Shown here: piece by piece, positions 28,997 through 42,393 of the stretch
Layout of the letters: each line of letters starts with the position of its first letter
Numbering within the stretch: the first letter of the stretch is position 1
Origin: the human T2T-CHM13v2.0 reference genome, Homo sapiens
NCBI GenBank assembly: GCA_009914755.4
Contig: CP068257.2
Coordinates: 44,736,001-44,800,000 of the forward strand
Length of the DNA stretch: 64,000 nucleotides
Reading direction: 5' to 3'
Notes under the pieces: model-generated
Database searches by the model: none
Seen by the model: only the letters and a program-made list of their open reading frames with translations
What the model was told of the DNA's origin: nothing
Translations under genes and position numbers: made by a program

Positions 28997-29298
28997 TTTT
29001 TTTTTTTTTTTTTTTTTTTTTTGAGACAGAGTCTCTGTCGCCCAGGCTAGAGTGCAGTGGCGCAATCTAGGCTCACTGCAAGCTCTGCCTCCCAGGTTCA
29101 CACCATTCTCCTGCCTCAGACTCCCGAGTAGGTGGGACTACAGGTGCCCACCACCACACCCAGCTAATTTTTGTATTTTTAGTAGAGATGGGGTTTCACC
29201 ATGTTAGCCAGGATGGTCTCGATCTCCTGACCTTGTGATCTGCCCGCCTTGACTTCCCAAAGTGCTGGGATTACAGGCGTGAGCCACCGCGCCCGGCC
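28997..29298 (-). mobile_element. Alu SINE, antisense
   Basis: Poly-T(28) head, gagacagagtctctgtcgcccaggctagagtgcagtggcgc...gtgagccaccgcgcccggcc. Confidence 0.9.
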
Positions 29299-29721
29299 AA
29301 CCCTGGGTAGAATTTTTGACACCGAGAGCTCTGACCCAGTCACGGCAGCAAGGTGCCCGGCAGGTGGGCTCGGGCAGTTGTGCATGGAAATTTTGGGGTG
29401 CTCCAAATCCATTCTGTCCCCCACCCCACCCCAGCAGCTACTGGTTTTCAGGGCTGTTAGATTGGAGAGGAGATATGGAGTCAGGGCAAAGTTAAGCACC
29501 TGAAGTTTGTTCTTATGGACACTCAGCCTGTGTTTTCCATAAACACTCTTCGGATGATTGCAAACCTGACCAGATTTCCACAGCTCTGAAAACACTGGTT
29601 TTGATGGTTTTTACCACTTTTTCTTTTATAGAGGAACAGATTTTGGAGGTCCTTACTTTGCCATTCTAGAAGTGCTACCTCTGGAAGTTTAAAAAAATAA
29701 GCTTATTTCATTAATTTAATT

Positions 29722-30084
<363 letters not shown>

Positions 30085-30521
30085 CTATTGAACCTTATTT
30101 AAAAGGTTTTGTTATTTAGAAAGAAGGTTTAATCTTTTAAAAGGGAAGGAACCTAGGTTTCCAAATATCTTGGGTTTTCATGGCTGTAATTCCTTGATGG
30201 TGAACTTCTTAGTGTGACTCTTAAAGATGTTACAGGAGCCATTTGGGAATGGTAGTGAGCAGTTGCTTATGACACGCAGCTGTCACCAGTGCGAACTTGT
30301 GTCTCCTTAAGTGTTTTATCCCCGAAACCAGGACTTTGTGTTCCCAGTGAAGTCCTTGAACCCATGTTTTCTTTGATGGGGGCTGTGGTCTGGCTCATCC
30401 CGGCTCTTGGTGCAGAGTGGGGGCTCCATGCATATCTGCTGAATGTGCTGAATTCCGGCTAACAGCAAAGAAAGTATTTTTCTAGCTTACTGGTATTTTT
30501 TATTGTTATTGATGTGTACAG

Positions 30522-30668
30522 GGTGAATTTGGAAGTGAAAAGAAAACTGCTTTGCATGAAAAAGAGGAGACACTTCGGCTTCAGAGTGCACAGGCACAGC
30601 CTTTTCACCAAGAGGAGAAAGAGTCTTTGTCTCTGCAGCTTCAAAAGAAGAATCACCAAGTCCAGCAG
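30522..30668 (+). CDS. PCNT: Coding exon (147 bp), phase 0 to 0; encodes GEFGSEKKTALHEKEETLRLQSAQAQPFHQEEKESLSLQLQKKNHQVQQ
   Basis: Acceptor attgatgtgtacag|, donor |gtgtgt at 30669. Lies directly upstream of the 34-bp VNTR. Confidence 0.8.
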
Positions 30669-30735
30669 GTGTGTGGAATACGCTGTTCCCTTGTGATAAG
30701 ACGTGTATAGCATAAAAATCATTTTCACTTTATTT

Positions 30736-33700
30736 CAGTGCACAGTTCAGTGGCAGGAGTGCACTCATGGTGTTGTGCATTTATAGTGTTGTACATTCAG
30801 TGGCGGAAGCGCATTCACAGTGTTGTAGATTCAGTGGCGGAAGCGCATTCACGGTGTTGTGCATTCAATGGCGGAAGCGCATTCACCATGTTGTATATTC
30901 AGTGGCGGAAGCGCATTCATAGTGTTCTGCATTCAGTGGCAGAAGCACATTCACGGTGTTGTGCATTCAGTGGCGGAAGCGCATTCATAGTGTAGATTCA
31001 GTGGCGGAAGCGCATTCATAGTGTAGATTCAGTGGCGGAAGCGCATTCATAGTGTTCTGCATTCAGTGGCGGAAGCCCATTCACGGTGTTGTGCATTCAG
31101 TGGTGGAAGCGCATTCATGGTGTTGTGCATTCAGTGGTGGAAGCGCATTCACAGTGTTGTATATTCAGTGGCGGAAGCGCAATCACAGTGTTGTATATTC
31201 AGTGACGGAAGCGCATTCACAGTGCTGTGCATTCAGCAGCAGAAGCGCATTCACGGTGTTGTATATTCAGTGGCGGAAGCGCATTCACCATGTTGTATAT
31301 TCAGTGACGGAAGCGCATTCACGGTGTTGTGCATTCAGTGGCAGAAGCTCATTCACAGTGTTGTGCATAGTTCAGTGGCGGAAGCACATTCACGGTGTTG
31401 TATATTCAGTGGCGGAAGCGCATTCACGGTGTTGTGCATTCAGTGGTGGAAGCGCATTCACGGTGTTGTGCGTTCAGTGGCGGAAGCGCATTCACGGTGT
31501 GCGTTCAGTGGCGGAAGCGCATTCACAGTGTTGTATATTCAGTGGCGGCAGCGCATTCACAGTGCTGTGCATTCAGTGGCGGAAGCGCATTCACCGTGTT
31601 GTATATTCAGTGACGGAAGCGCATTCACGGTGTGCATTCAGTGGCGGAAGCGCATTCACGGTGTTGTGCGTTCAGTGGCGGAAGCCCATTCATGGTGTTG
31701 TGCATTCAGTGGCGGAAGCGCATTCACGGTGTTGTGCATTCAGTGGCGGAAGTGCATTCACAGTGTTGTATATTCAGTGACGGAAGCGCATTCACAGTGC
31801 TGTGCATTCAGTGGCGGAAGCCCATTCACGGTGTTGTGCATTCAGTGGCGGAAGCCCATTCACAGTGCTGCGCATTCAGCAGCGGAAGCGCATTCACAGT
31901 GTTGTATATTCAGTGGCGGAAGCGCATTCACAGTGCTGTGCATTCAGTGGTGGAAGCCCATTCACGGTGTTGTGCATTCAGTGGCGGAAGCGCATTCACA
32001 GTGTTGTATATTCAGTGGCGGAAGCACATTCACCATGTTGTATATTCAGTGGCGGAAGCGCATTCACAGTGTTGTATATTCAGTGATGGAAGCGCATTCA
32101 CAGTGCTGTGCATTCAGCAGCGGAAGCGCATTCACGGTGTTGTGCGTTCAGTGGCAGAAGCGCATTCACGGTGTGCATTCAGTGGCGGAAGCGCATTCAC
32201 CATGTTGTATATTCAGTGACGGAAGCGCATTCACGGTGTTGTGCATTCAGTGGCAGAAGCGCATTCACGGTGTTGTGCGTTCAGTGGCAGAAGCGCATTC
32301 ACAGTGTTGTATATTCAGTGGCGGAAGCGCATTCACCATGTTGTATATTCAGTGGCGGAAGCGCATTCACAGTGTTGTATATTCAGTGATGGAAGTGCAT
32401 TCACAGTGCTGTGCATTCAGCAGCGGAAGCGCATTCATGGTGTGCGTTCAGTGGCAGAAGCGCATTCACGGTGTTGTGCATTCAGTGGCGGAAGCGCATT
32501 CACAGTGTTGTATATTCAGTGGCGGAAGCGCATTCACAGTGTTGTATATTCAGTGATGGAAGCGCATTCACAGTGCTGTGCATTCAGCAGCGGAAGCGCA
32601 TTCACGGTGTTGTGCGTTCAGTGGCAGAAGCGCATTCACGGTGTTGTGCGTTCAGTGGCGGAAGCGCATTCACCATGTTGTATATTCAGTGACGGAAGCG
32701 CATTCACGGTGTTGTGCATTCAGTGGCAGAAGCGCATTCACAGTGTTGTGCGTTCAGTGGCAGAAGCGCATTCACAGTGTTGTATATTCAGTGGCGGAAG
32801 CGCATTCACCATGTTGTATATTCAGTGGCGGAAGCGCATTCACAGTGCTGTGCATTCAGTGGCGGAAGCCCATTCACGGTGTTGTGCATTCAGCGGCGGA
32901 AGCCCATTCACAGTGCTGCGCATTCAGCAGCGGAAGCGCATTCACAGTGTTGTATATTCAGTGGCGGAAGCGCATTCACAGTGCTGTGCATTCAGTGGTG
33001 GAAGCCCATTCACGGTGTTGTGCATTCAGTGGCGGAAGCGCATTCACAGTGTTGTATATTCAGTGGCGGAAGCACATTCACCATGTTGTATATTCAGTGG
33101 CGGAAGCGCATTCACAGTGTTGTATATTCAGTGATGGAAGCGCATTCACAGTGCTGTGCATTCAGCAGCGGAAGCGCATTCACGGTGTTGTGTGTTCAGT
33201 GGCAGAAGCGCATTCACGGTGTGCATTCAGTGGCGGAAGCGCATTCACCATGTTGTATATTCAGTGACGGAAGCGCATTCACGGTGTTGTGCATTCAGTG
33301 GCAGAAGCGCATTCACGGTGTTGTGCGTTCAGTGGCAGAAGCGCATTCACAGTGTTGTATATTCAGTGGCGGAAGCGCATTCACCATGTTGTATATTCAG
33401 TGGCGGAAGCGCATTCACAGTGTTGTATATTCAGTGATGGAAGTGCATTCACAGTGCTGTGCATTCAGCAGCGGAAGCGCATTCATGGTGTGCGTTCAGT
33501 GGCAGAAGCGCATTCACGGTGTTGTGCATTCAGTGGCGGAAGCGCATTCACAGTGTTGTATATTCAGTGGCGGAAGCGCATTCACAGTGTTGTATATTCA
33601 GTGATGGAAGCGCATTCACAGTGCTGTGCATTCAGCAGCGGAAGCGCATTCACGGTGTTGTGCGTTCAGTGGCAGAAGCGCATTCACGGTGTTGTGCGTT

Positions 33701-34862
33701 CAGTGGCGGAAGCGCATTCACCATGTTGTATATTCAGTGACGGAAGCGCATTCACGGTGTTGTGCATTCAGTGGCAGAAGCGCATTCACAGTGTTGTGCG
33801 TTCAGTGGCAGAAGCGCATTCACGGTGTTGTATATTCAGTGGCGGAAGCGCATTCACCATGTTGTATATTCAGTGGCGGAAGCGCATTCACAGTGTTGTA
33901 TATTGAGTGATGGAAGCACATTCACAGTGCTGTGCATTCAGCAGCGGAAGCGCATTCACAGTGTTGTATATTCAGTGGCGGAAGCGCATTCACAGTGTTG
34001 TATATTCAGTGATGGAAGCACATTCACAGTGCTGTGCATTCAGCAGCGGAAGCGCATTCACGGTGTTGTGCGTTCAGTGGCAGAAGCGCATTCACGGTGT
34101 TGTGCGTTCAGTGGCGGAAGCGCATTCACAGTGTTGTATATTCAGTGGCGGAAGCGCATTCACAGTGCTGTGCATTCAGTGGCGGAAGCCCATTCACGGT
34201 GTTGTGCATTCAGTGGCGGAAGCGCATTCACAGTGTTGTATATTCAGTGACGGAAGCGCATTCACGGTGTTGTGCATTCAGCAGCGGAAGCGCATTCACC
34301 ATGTTGTATATTCAGTGACGGAAGCGCATTCACGGTGTTGTGCATTCAGTGGCAGAAGCGCATTCACGGTGTTGTACATTCAGTGACGGAAGAGCATTCA
34401 CGGTGTTGTGCGTTCAGTGGCGGAAGCCCATTCACGGTGTTGTGCATTCAGTGGTGGAAGCCCATTCACAGTGCTGTACATTCAGTGGCAGAAGTGCATT
34501 CGTGGTGTGCATTCAGGGGCGGAAGTGCATTCACGGTATTGTGCATAGTTCAGTGGCAGAAGCGCATTCACGGTGTTGTGCGTTGAGCGGCGGAAACACA
34601 TTCATGGTGTTGTGCGTTGAGCGGCGGAAGCGCATTCACGGTGTTGTGCGTAGTTCAGTGGCGGAAGTGCATTCATGGTGTTGTGCGTTGAGCGGCGGAA
34701 GCGCATTCACGGTGTTGTGCGTTCAGTGGCAGAAGTGCATTCACAGTGTTGTGCATAGTTCAGTGGTGCAAGTGCATTCATGGTGTTGTGCGTAGTTCAG
34801 TGGTGCAGGCACATTCACGGTGTTGTACATTCGGTGATGGAATCACATTCACAGTATTGTGC
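30736..34862. repeat. ~4.1-kb minisatellite/VNTR, 34-bp unit (attcagtggcggaagcgcattcacggtgttgtgc and variants), ~120 copies, with ~1.05-kb higher-order periodicity
   Basis: Direct reading. Identical track ORFs recur at an offset of 1048 bp (32108 and 33156; 32241 and 33289; 32411 and 33459). Because the array is stop-free in several frames, it yields track ORFs up to 496 aa. Confidence 0.95.
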
Positions 34863-34952
34863 AGCCATCACCACCATCCATCTCCAGAAGTCTTCATCTT
34901 GCAAAACTGAACTCTGTCCCCATTAGACTCTCACTCCCCATTTGCCCTCCCC

Positions 34953-35236
34953 TGGCACCATGGCTCACACCTGTAATCCCAGCACTTCGGGAGGCTGAGG
35001 CAGGAGGACCACTCCAGCCCAGGAATTCGATACCAGCCTGGGCAACATAGGGAGACCCTGTCTCTATAAAAAATTAAAAAAATTAGCCGTGTGTGGTGGC
35101 ACGCACCTGTAGTCCCAGCTTCTCAGAAAGCTGAGGTGGGAGGATTGTTTGTGCCCTGGAGTTTGAGGCTACAGTGAGCTGTGATTGTGCCACTGCACTC
35201 CAGCCTGGGCAACAGAGTGAGACCCTGTCTCAGAAA
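34953..35236 (+). mobile_element. Alu SINE, sense
   Basis: ggcaccatggctcacacctgtaatcccagcacttcgggaggctgaggcaggagg...gagaccctgtctcagaaag. Confidence 0.9.
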
Positions 35237-35707
35237 GAAAGATCTTTGCCTGCCTGGCAACTGACTTTTGTGAATGACCAGATACAGTGACTTATTTCGA
35301 ATTGCTGTTTGAGTGGTGGATCTCTGATGAACTGGCCCCTTCCCTCCCCTAGCCTCAGGTTCCACCTGGGGATGTTTGTGTATTCTTTTGTAAATGATGA
35401 ATAATGGAGGAAAAACCGTATCAATAATTTTCACCTTTAATCAGCACCTCGTTCACCTTTGCCGTATTTTTATTAAATGTGCAGGTGCTCCTTGGCCTTT
35501 GCTGAGGTCACGCCTTTGACCACTGTCAGTGGAAGGCGTTGTGAGTCGAGGAACGTGCCGAAGTGCCTGCTCCTTTTGCCCCATCACCAAGCTGAAAAGT
35601 CCTAAGTCAGAGACTCTCAAATACTGAAATTGTGTTGAAAGTCCCTTACAGCCATTTGCTTTTAACCAAATTGTTTTAACGAAAGCTTTAACCATTTTTC
35701 TCGATAG

Positions 35708-35859
35708 CTGAAAGACCAGGTTTTATCCTTAAGTCACGAGATAGAAGAGTGCCGCTCCGAGTTGGAGGTGCTGCAGCAGAGGCGGGAGCGGGAGAACCGG
35801 GAAGGCGCAAACCTCCTCTCCATGCTCAAGGCCGACGTCAACCTGTCCCACAGCGAAAG
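35708..35859 (+). CDS. PCNT: Coding exon, phase 0 to 2; encodes LKDQVLSLSHEIEECRSELEVLQQRRERENREGANLLSMLKADVNLSHSE(R)
   Basis: Acceptor tttttctcgatag|, donor |gtcagt at 35860. Frame matches track ORF 35762..36019. Confidence 0.85.
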
Positions 35860-36756
35860 GTCAGTGTGTCCTCGGCACCGAGGCTGCCTTGTGGCCGCCA
35901 GCACCCGCTGGGTCATGCAGATGCCATTGGTCCCCACGGCTCCTGGCCCCGTGGCTGCTGCCACCATGCACGCTGGCTCCTGGTGGACGGGGACCCGGCT
36001 TCCTTCTTCTCTCAGTTAGAAAGATTGTAAGCACCGGGAAGAAATCGCCTGCTGTGTCTCATCTCCCAGCCCCCGTGCCCTCCTCCCACCCTGCCTGCTG
36101 TGTCTCATTTCCCCATCTGGCCAGATTAAAACCAGCCGTTATCTCCCACACAGAGCCCGACCCCTCCCCTTTAGTGTCTGCGTCCCCGCAGCGTGTCCTC
36201 GTCCCCGGCACGGGGTGCAGGCCCACATGTCTCGTGGTTCCTGTGCTTTGGACTGTGTGCAAGTGTCGTGCCTCATGCATCTCTCTCTGTGACGTGTGTT
36301 TCTGAGACCGGCCCGAGCAGGGGCCGTAGCCCTGTCCGTTCCTTTCTCCATTGGGAGCCTGTGCCTGGGGAGCTGCAGGCACTGGGCTGAGCGCCCAGCC
36401 CCGAGGGCTCTCCCAGGGCGGGGTGTGGGTCTGCTTACCACGGGCCGTGGGGCCGCCTTCCCTGAACGCATGGGTCCAGGCCACATCCTGCCTTGGTGCC
36501 TCCTCACCTGCAGTGATGCTGTCCAGCAGGCTTGTCTGCCCTTTTGTCGCGTGTGGGGTCTTGAGAAACTTTTTGCTCCTCTGACACCATGGAGGTTTTT
36601 CCCAGGTCACCTCACAGGGTTTTAAGTTTTGCTTTTGTGTGACTCTGGAGTGAGCCTGCAGAGTTGTTCTTGCTTGCACCTGTCTGGGCAGTGGACTCGG
36701 CACTGTGTTGCCAAACGCAGCCTCCCCTTGGTGCGCGTCCTCCCCGTCCCCTTGTG

Positions 36757-36950
36757 TGGGTCTTTGGCTGCTCCCATTGGCGTGTCCCCGCCCGAGGCCT
36801 CTGTGTCCTGCTGCTGCTCCCATCTGTGTGTCCCCGCTGAGGCTTCTGGGTCCAGCCACTGCTCCCGTCTGTCTGTCCCCGCCCCAGGCCTCTGAGTCCT
36901 GCTGCTGCTCCCGTCTTTGTGTCCCCACTCGAGGCCTCTGGGTTGTGCTG
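36757..36950. repeat. GC-rich ~48-bp tandem repeat, ~4 copies (gctgctcccatctgtgtgtccccgctgaggcttctgggtccagccact-like)
   Basis: Direct reading. It underlies the 342-aa antisense track ORF 36059..37087, which contains internal peptide repeats. Confidence 0.8.
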
Positions 36951-37803
36951 CTGTGTCCTGAAGCTCTGAACTGGTTTGGCTCTGCTCTGGAGACCACCCA
37001 GGGTCCGGAGACCAGGTCGGGCTTATGGGACCCTCTGAGCTCACAGCTGTTTCTGGAGCATTGGTGTCTGTCATGCTGAGGGTCCATCCGTGTGTGGGGG
37101 GTGTCTGTGCAGGTCTCTCTTTGTTCTTTTCATCAAGTTTTGTGATTTTTCTGTGAGGACCTTGCCTTCTGTAGCACTTGGCTGTGGGTGTCTCGTAGCT
37201 TGGTGCTGACTCTCTCCAGTCACCCAGGTCAGTGGGCGAGCGAGAGCTCTAAACCGAGGGGCACAGCGGCCAGTGGGGCGGTCTGTGCTCTTAACTCGAG
37301 GGGTGCAGAGGTGGGTGGTGGGCGGGGTAGTCCCAGGCTCTAAACACAAGGGGTGCAGAGGTGAGCCCACGGTCCCTGGACACTGGAGAGGCTGCCTGTC
37401 TTGAGGTGGGGTGGCTGCAGACGCCCTGATGCCTGCAGGAGTTGGGCATTTTGGGGGGTGGAAGTGTGCTGGGGAGCAGGTGGCATTCTCTCCGTCAAGC
37501 CCCTCCTCAGGACTCCCCCTCCCTGTTATTTGCCCAGAATCTTCGGTTTCGCGGGGCCTGCACGACACTGCCTCCCGTTGTCACCTCACGGTCCCCACGA
37601 ATGAGTCCTCATCGTCTGCTCCTCAGGGTTGGGCTCTCTGGGGACAGAGCTGTGAGCAGAGTAGAGGGAGGGCTGGCTGTGTAGTCACTGGGTCAACGTG
37701 CCTGTCCTCAGCGGCGTCACAGCTCCTAAATCATAGTGCAGGGAGCGAGATGTGGAGGGGCCTGTGGCCTCGGGAGCCCCTGTGTGTAAAAACAGAAGCA
37801 TCC

Positions 37804-38367
<564 letters not shown>

Positions 38368-38617
38368 TCAGAAATGGCATCAGGAAGACCTCACCTAGGA
38401 AAGCCCGTGTCCCTGAGTGGGCTCCACGTGGTTGTCTTGTCTGTGGCCTCAGCTTCCTGTGCTCACATGGGCATGAGGATCATGTCTTCCGGCCCCGTGG
38501 GGACAGGCAGCCGTGGGCCGAGGTGTGCAAACTGGTGGGCGGCCCCTCAGCAGCATCCAGGGTGGGGGTTCTTATGCCGTGACCAGCTTGCCTGATGATG
38601 GGTGTCTCCTGTCTCAG

Positions 38618-38760
38618 AGGGGCCCTCCAGGACGCCCTGCGCAGGCTGCTGGGTTTGTTTGGAGAGACGCTGAGGGCAGCCGTCACCCTGAGGAGCCGGA
38701 TCGGGGAGCGCGTGGGGCTCTGCCTGGATGACGCGGGCGCAGGCCTGGCCCTGTCGACAG
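38618..38760 (+). CDS. PCNT: Coding exon, phase 2 to 1; encodes (R)GALQDALRRLLGLFGETLRAAVTLRSRIGERVGLCLDDAGAGLALST
   Basis: Acceptor gtgtctcctgtctcag|, donor |gtgagt at 38761. Frame matches track ORF 38595..38828. Confidence 0.85.
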
Positions 38761-39074
38761 GTGAGTGTGCCGGGACCAGCTGCCCAGCCCTGTGCTTGCA
38801 GCCCCTCTGTGGTCCTGGAGCTCTCTGAGAGGAGCCTCCGTATTGGGCGATGCCCTTGGGAGCACTGCCGTCCTGGTTTCCTGCTAGTTTCCGCACTTAC
38901 AGAAGGCCGAGACCGGGGTTTGGGCTAAATTTGTCAGCTCCCGTGGACGTGGCGCTGACTCATCTCGGCTGGGGCGACGTTCTGAGTTCTGTGGCTTCCT
39001 TGTCGTCTTGGCTGCCATGGCCGCGGCCGGCTTGCTCACTGAGCCGCGTGTGCCGGCATCTGCTCATCTTGTAG

Positions 39075-39307
39075 CTCCGGCGCTGGAGGAGACATGGTCT
39101 GATGTGGCCCTCCCGGAGTTGGACAGAACTTTGTCTGAATGTGCAGAGATGTCTTCCGTGGCTGAAATTAGCAGCCACATGCGTGAAAGCTTTCTCATGA
39201 GCCCAGAAAGTGTGCGGGAGTGTGAGCAGCCCATCCGGAGGGTCTTCCAGAGCCTCAGCCTGGCCGTGGACGGCCTCATGGAGATGGCCCTGGACTCCAG
39301 CAGGCAG
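39075..39307 (+). CDS. PCNT: Coding exon, phase 1 to 0; encodes (A)PALEETWSDVALPELDRTLSECAEMSSVAEISSHMRESFLMSPESVRECEQPIRRVFQSLSLAVDGLMEMALDSSRQ
   Basis: Acceptor gctcatcttgtag|, donor |gtgagg at 39308. Same frame as track ORF 39008..39352. A diverged copy of this exon sits at 39763-40004. Confidence 0.85.
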
Positions 39308-39676
39308 GTGAGGCCCAGGCTCCCGGGGTCCTGTGGAGATGTGAACAACTGAGTAGCTGATGATGCCACACGAGCCTGGTGGATGCCGGTGCCAACGACG
39401 CTCGCACGGGTTTCTCCCCAAGGAGGAGGCTTTTCTGAACCAGATCTTTGAGGAAGTGGGCTTGCTACGAATGAGAGAATCTGTTTGTTTAATTTGGATA
39501 ATAAACAGGCCCATTTTCTTTACTTCATGCACTGTTGCAATTCCATGTGGAGTGTTTTCATATTTAGAGATTATCACTAAGAAAGGAAATTTTTTGTAAC
39601 CGTTTTAGAACATTTTAGACAATTAAAAAAGACATTAAGTAGGAATACACGGAAAGCAATCAAAGATCTTTTTTTC

Positions 39677-40203
<527 letters not shown>

Positions 40204-40542
40204 CTTTTTTGCTAAGTTTTGAGTTCAGAGGTAACTCTGGGTCTCAGCCTGTAGATGGCCTGGGAGCCCCAGACTGGACACAGTTGCCAGGGGAGTGTCT
40301 GGAGGAAGGGAGAGGGGCCCAGGGCTGAACTGGGAGGCTGAGGAGGGGTCCTCATTGGAGACTGTGGCCACAGTGTCTCGGAGGGTGGCTGAGATGTGCT
40401 CAGGTCCCGTCACCCTGGCCTGGCCCTGCCTGGGTGGTGACGGCCTGAAGGGTCTGGGGGTAGAAGTGGCGTTCTCTTGGTCTTAATGTAGGCTTCAGTT
40501 ATTTTTGATCTGGAGTTTTGATTTGCAAATGTGTTTTAACAG

Positions 40543-40705
40543 CTGGAAGAAGCACGCCAAATTCATTCTCGTTTTGAAAAAGAATTTAGTTTTAAGAATG
40601 AGGAGACAGCACAGGTTGTCAGGAAGCACCAGGAGCTGCTGGAGTGTTTGAAGGAGGAGAGCGCAGCAAAGGCAGAGCTGGCGCTGGAGCTGCACAAGAC
40701 TCAGG
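40543..40705 (+). CDS. PCNT: Coding exon, phase 0 to 1; encodes LEEARQIHSRFEKEFSFKNEETAQVVRKHQELLECLKEESAAKAELALELHKTQ(G)
   Basis: Acceptor gtgttttaacag|, donor |gtgagc at 40706. Confidence 0.85.
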
Positions 40706-41037
40706 GTGAGCAGCATGAGGCCTCGGGGCACCTGGAGCACAGGCACGGGGAGCAGGCCTGGCCTCACTGAGGGAAGGAAGCCTTCAGAATAGGGTTTTTA
40801 AAGTGAAATGTAAAAACAAAGCCAACATGGGAGGCACCCATGGTTTGGGAGGAATGGGGTGGTCGGGAGCTGCTGCGGCCAGCAGGGCTGTTGGAGGCCT
40901 ACACCTGGGTCCTGGAAGCTGCTGGCTCTTAGCTCTGCTGCTCTCAGGGGCAGTGGCCCCGTCCCTTCCTCCAAGCAGGCTCTCCTCAGTTACACCCAGG
41001 ACTGGCTTTGTCAGAGCATCTGTGTCTCCCACAAAGG

Positions 41038-41250
41038 TACCCTTGAGGGATTCAAGGTGGAGACAGCAGATCTGAAGGAGGTGCTGGCCGGGAAGGAGGA
41101 TTCCGAGCACCGTCTGGTGCTGGAGCTGGAGAGCCTGAGACGGCAGCTGCAGCAGGCGGCCCAGGAGCAGGCGGCGCTGAGGGAGGAGTGCACCCGTCTG
41201 TGGAGTCGGGGGGAGGCCACAGCCACGGATGCCGAGGCCAGAGAAGCTGG
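41038..41250 (+). CDS. PCNT: Coding exon, phase 1 to 1; encodes (G)TLEGFKVETADLKEVLAGKEDSEHRLVLELESLRRQLQQAAQEQAALREECTRLWSRGEATATDAEAREA
   Basis: Acceptor ctgtgtctcccacaaag|, donor |gtaagg at 41251. Same frame as track ORF 40859..41359. Confidence 0.85.
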
Positions 41251-41724
41251 TAAGGAGCGCGGGCTGTGGAGGGTGGTGCGAGCTGTGGGGCGCGGATACA
41301 GCTGCCACGGTTTCCCCAGCTCCCAAGGACACTCAGTGTCTCTAGAGGGTCAAGTGTAAACCAGCACGCAGCTTCTCCTGGAACACTGGGCATGGGAAGC
41401 TTGTGCGGATCAGGTGAGGCATCCACTGGCTTTGCTGCCCTTTCAGAGAAGGCGGGTTGTCTGTCGGTCCTGCTGGTTGGAGGGTCCCCACCTCTGTGAG
41501 GTGGAAATAAGAGGGGCTCTGAGTCCAACAGCAGCAGCTGGAGGCAGAGCCGAGTGCGGCAAACAAGAGCTACTTTAAAATTTCATTTAAAATAACCAAG
41601 TGCCTGATATTAACCCTCATTAGGAAAACATAGTGTTAACAATATTAGTTTGTATCTTTTCAGATTTTTAGATATTTTAGTCTCAAAGGTATTTAAAATG
41701 AAAACTGTCAAAACATAAGTTTAA

Positions 41725-42393
<669 letters not shown>

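Noticed and set aside
31052-34795. Very long + strand ORFs (up to 496 aa, e.g. 31066..32556, 32241..33134, 32714..33604) with repetitive peptides such as AEAHSRCCAFSGGSAFTVLYIQWRKRIH
   Set aside because: They lie entirely inside the 34-bp tandem array. The open frames arise because the unit happens to lack stops in several frames. There are no splice signals and there is no compositional change. The peptides are just the repeat translated.
30736-34862. Regular short direct repeats that superficially resemble a CRISPR array
   Set aside because: There are no unique spacers, because the units abut head-to-tail. There are no cas genes, and the context is a eukaryotic intron between spliced exons. 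This is a minisatellite.
36059-37087. 342-aa antisense ORF (MDPQHDRHQ...), the longest non-repeat-array ORF in the track
   Set aside because: It spans the GC-rich ~48-bp tandem repeat, and its peptide has the matching internal repeats (GTQRREQQQD... and GTDRREQWLD...). There are no splice or start context signals. It is antisense to an intron of the + strand gene. Most likely a GC-composition artefact.
38960-39577. Antisense 205-aa ORF (and the smaller 39064..39369, duplicated as 39765..39980)
   Set aside because: It is the reverse strand of exon 39075-39307. Its duplicate is the reverse strand of the pseudo-exon copy. That confirms the duplication but does not indicate an antisense gene.
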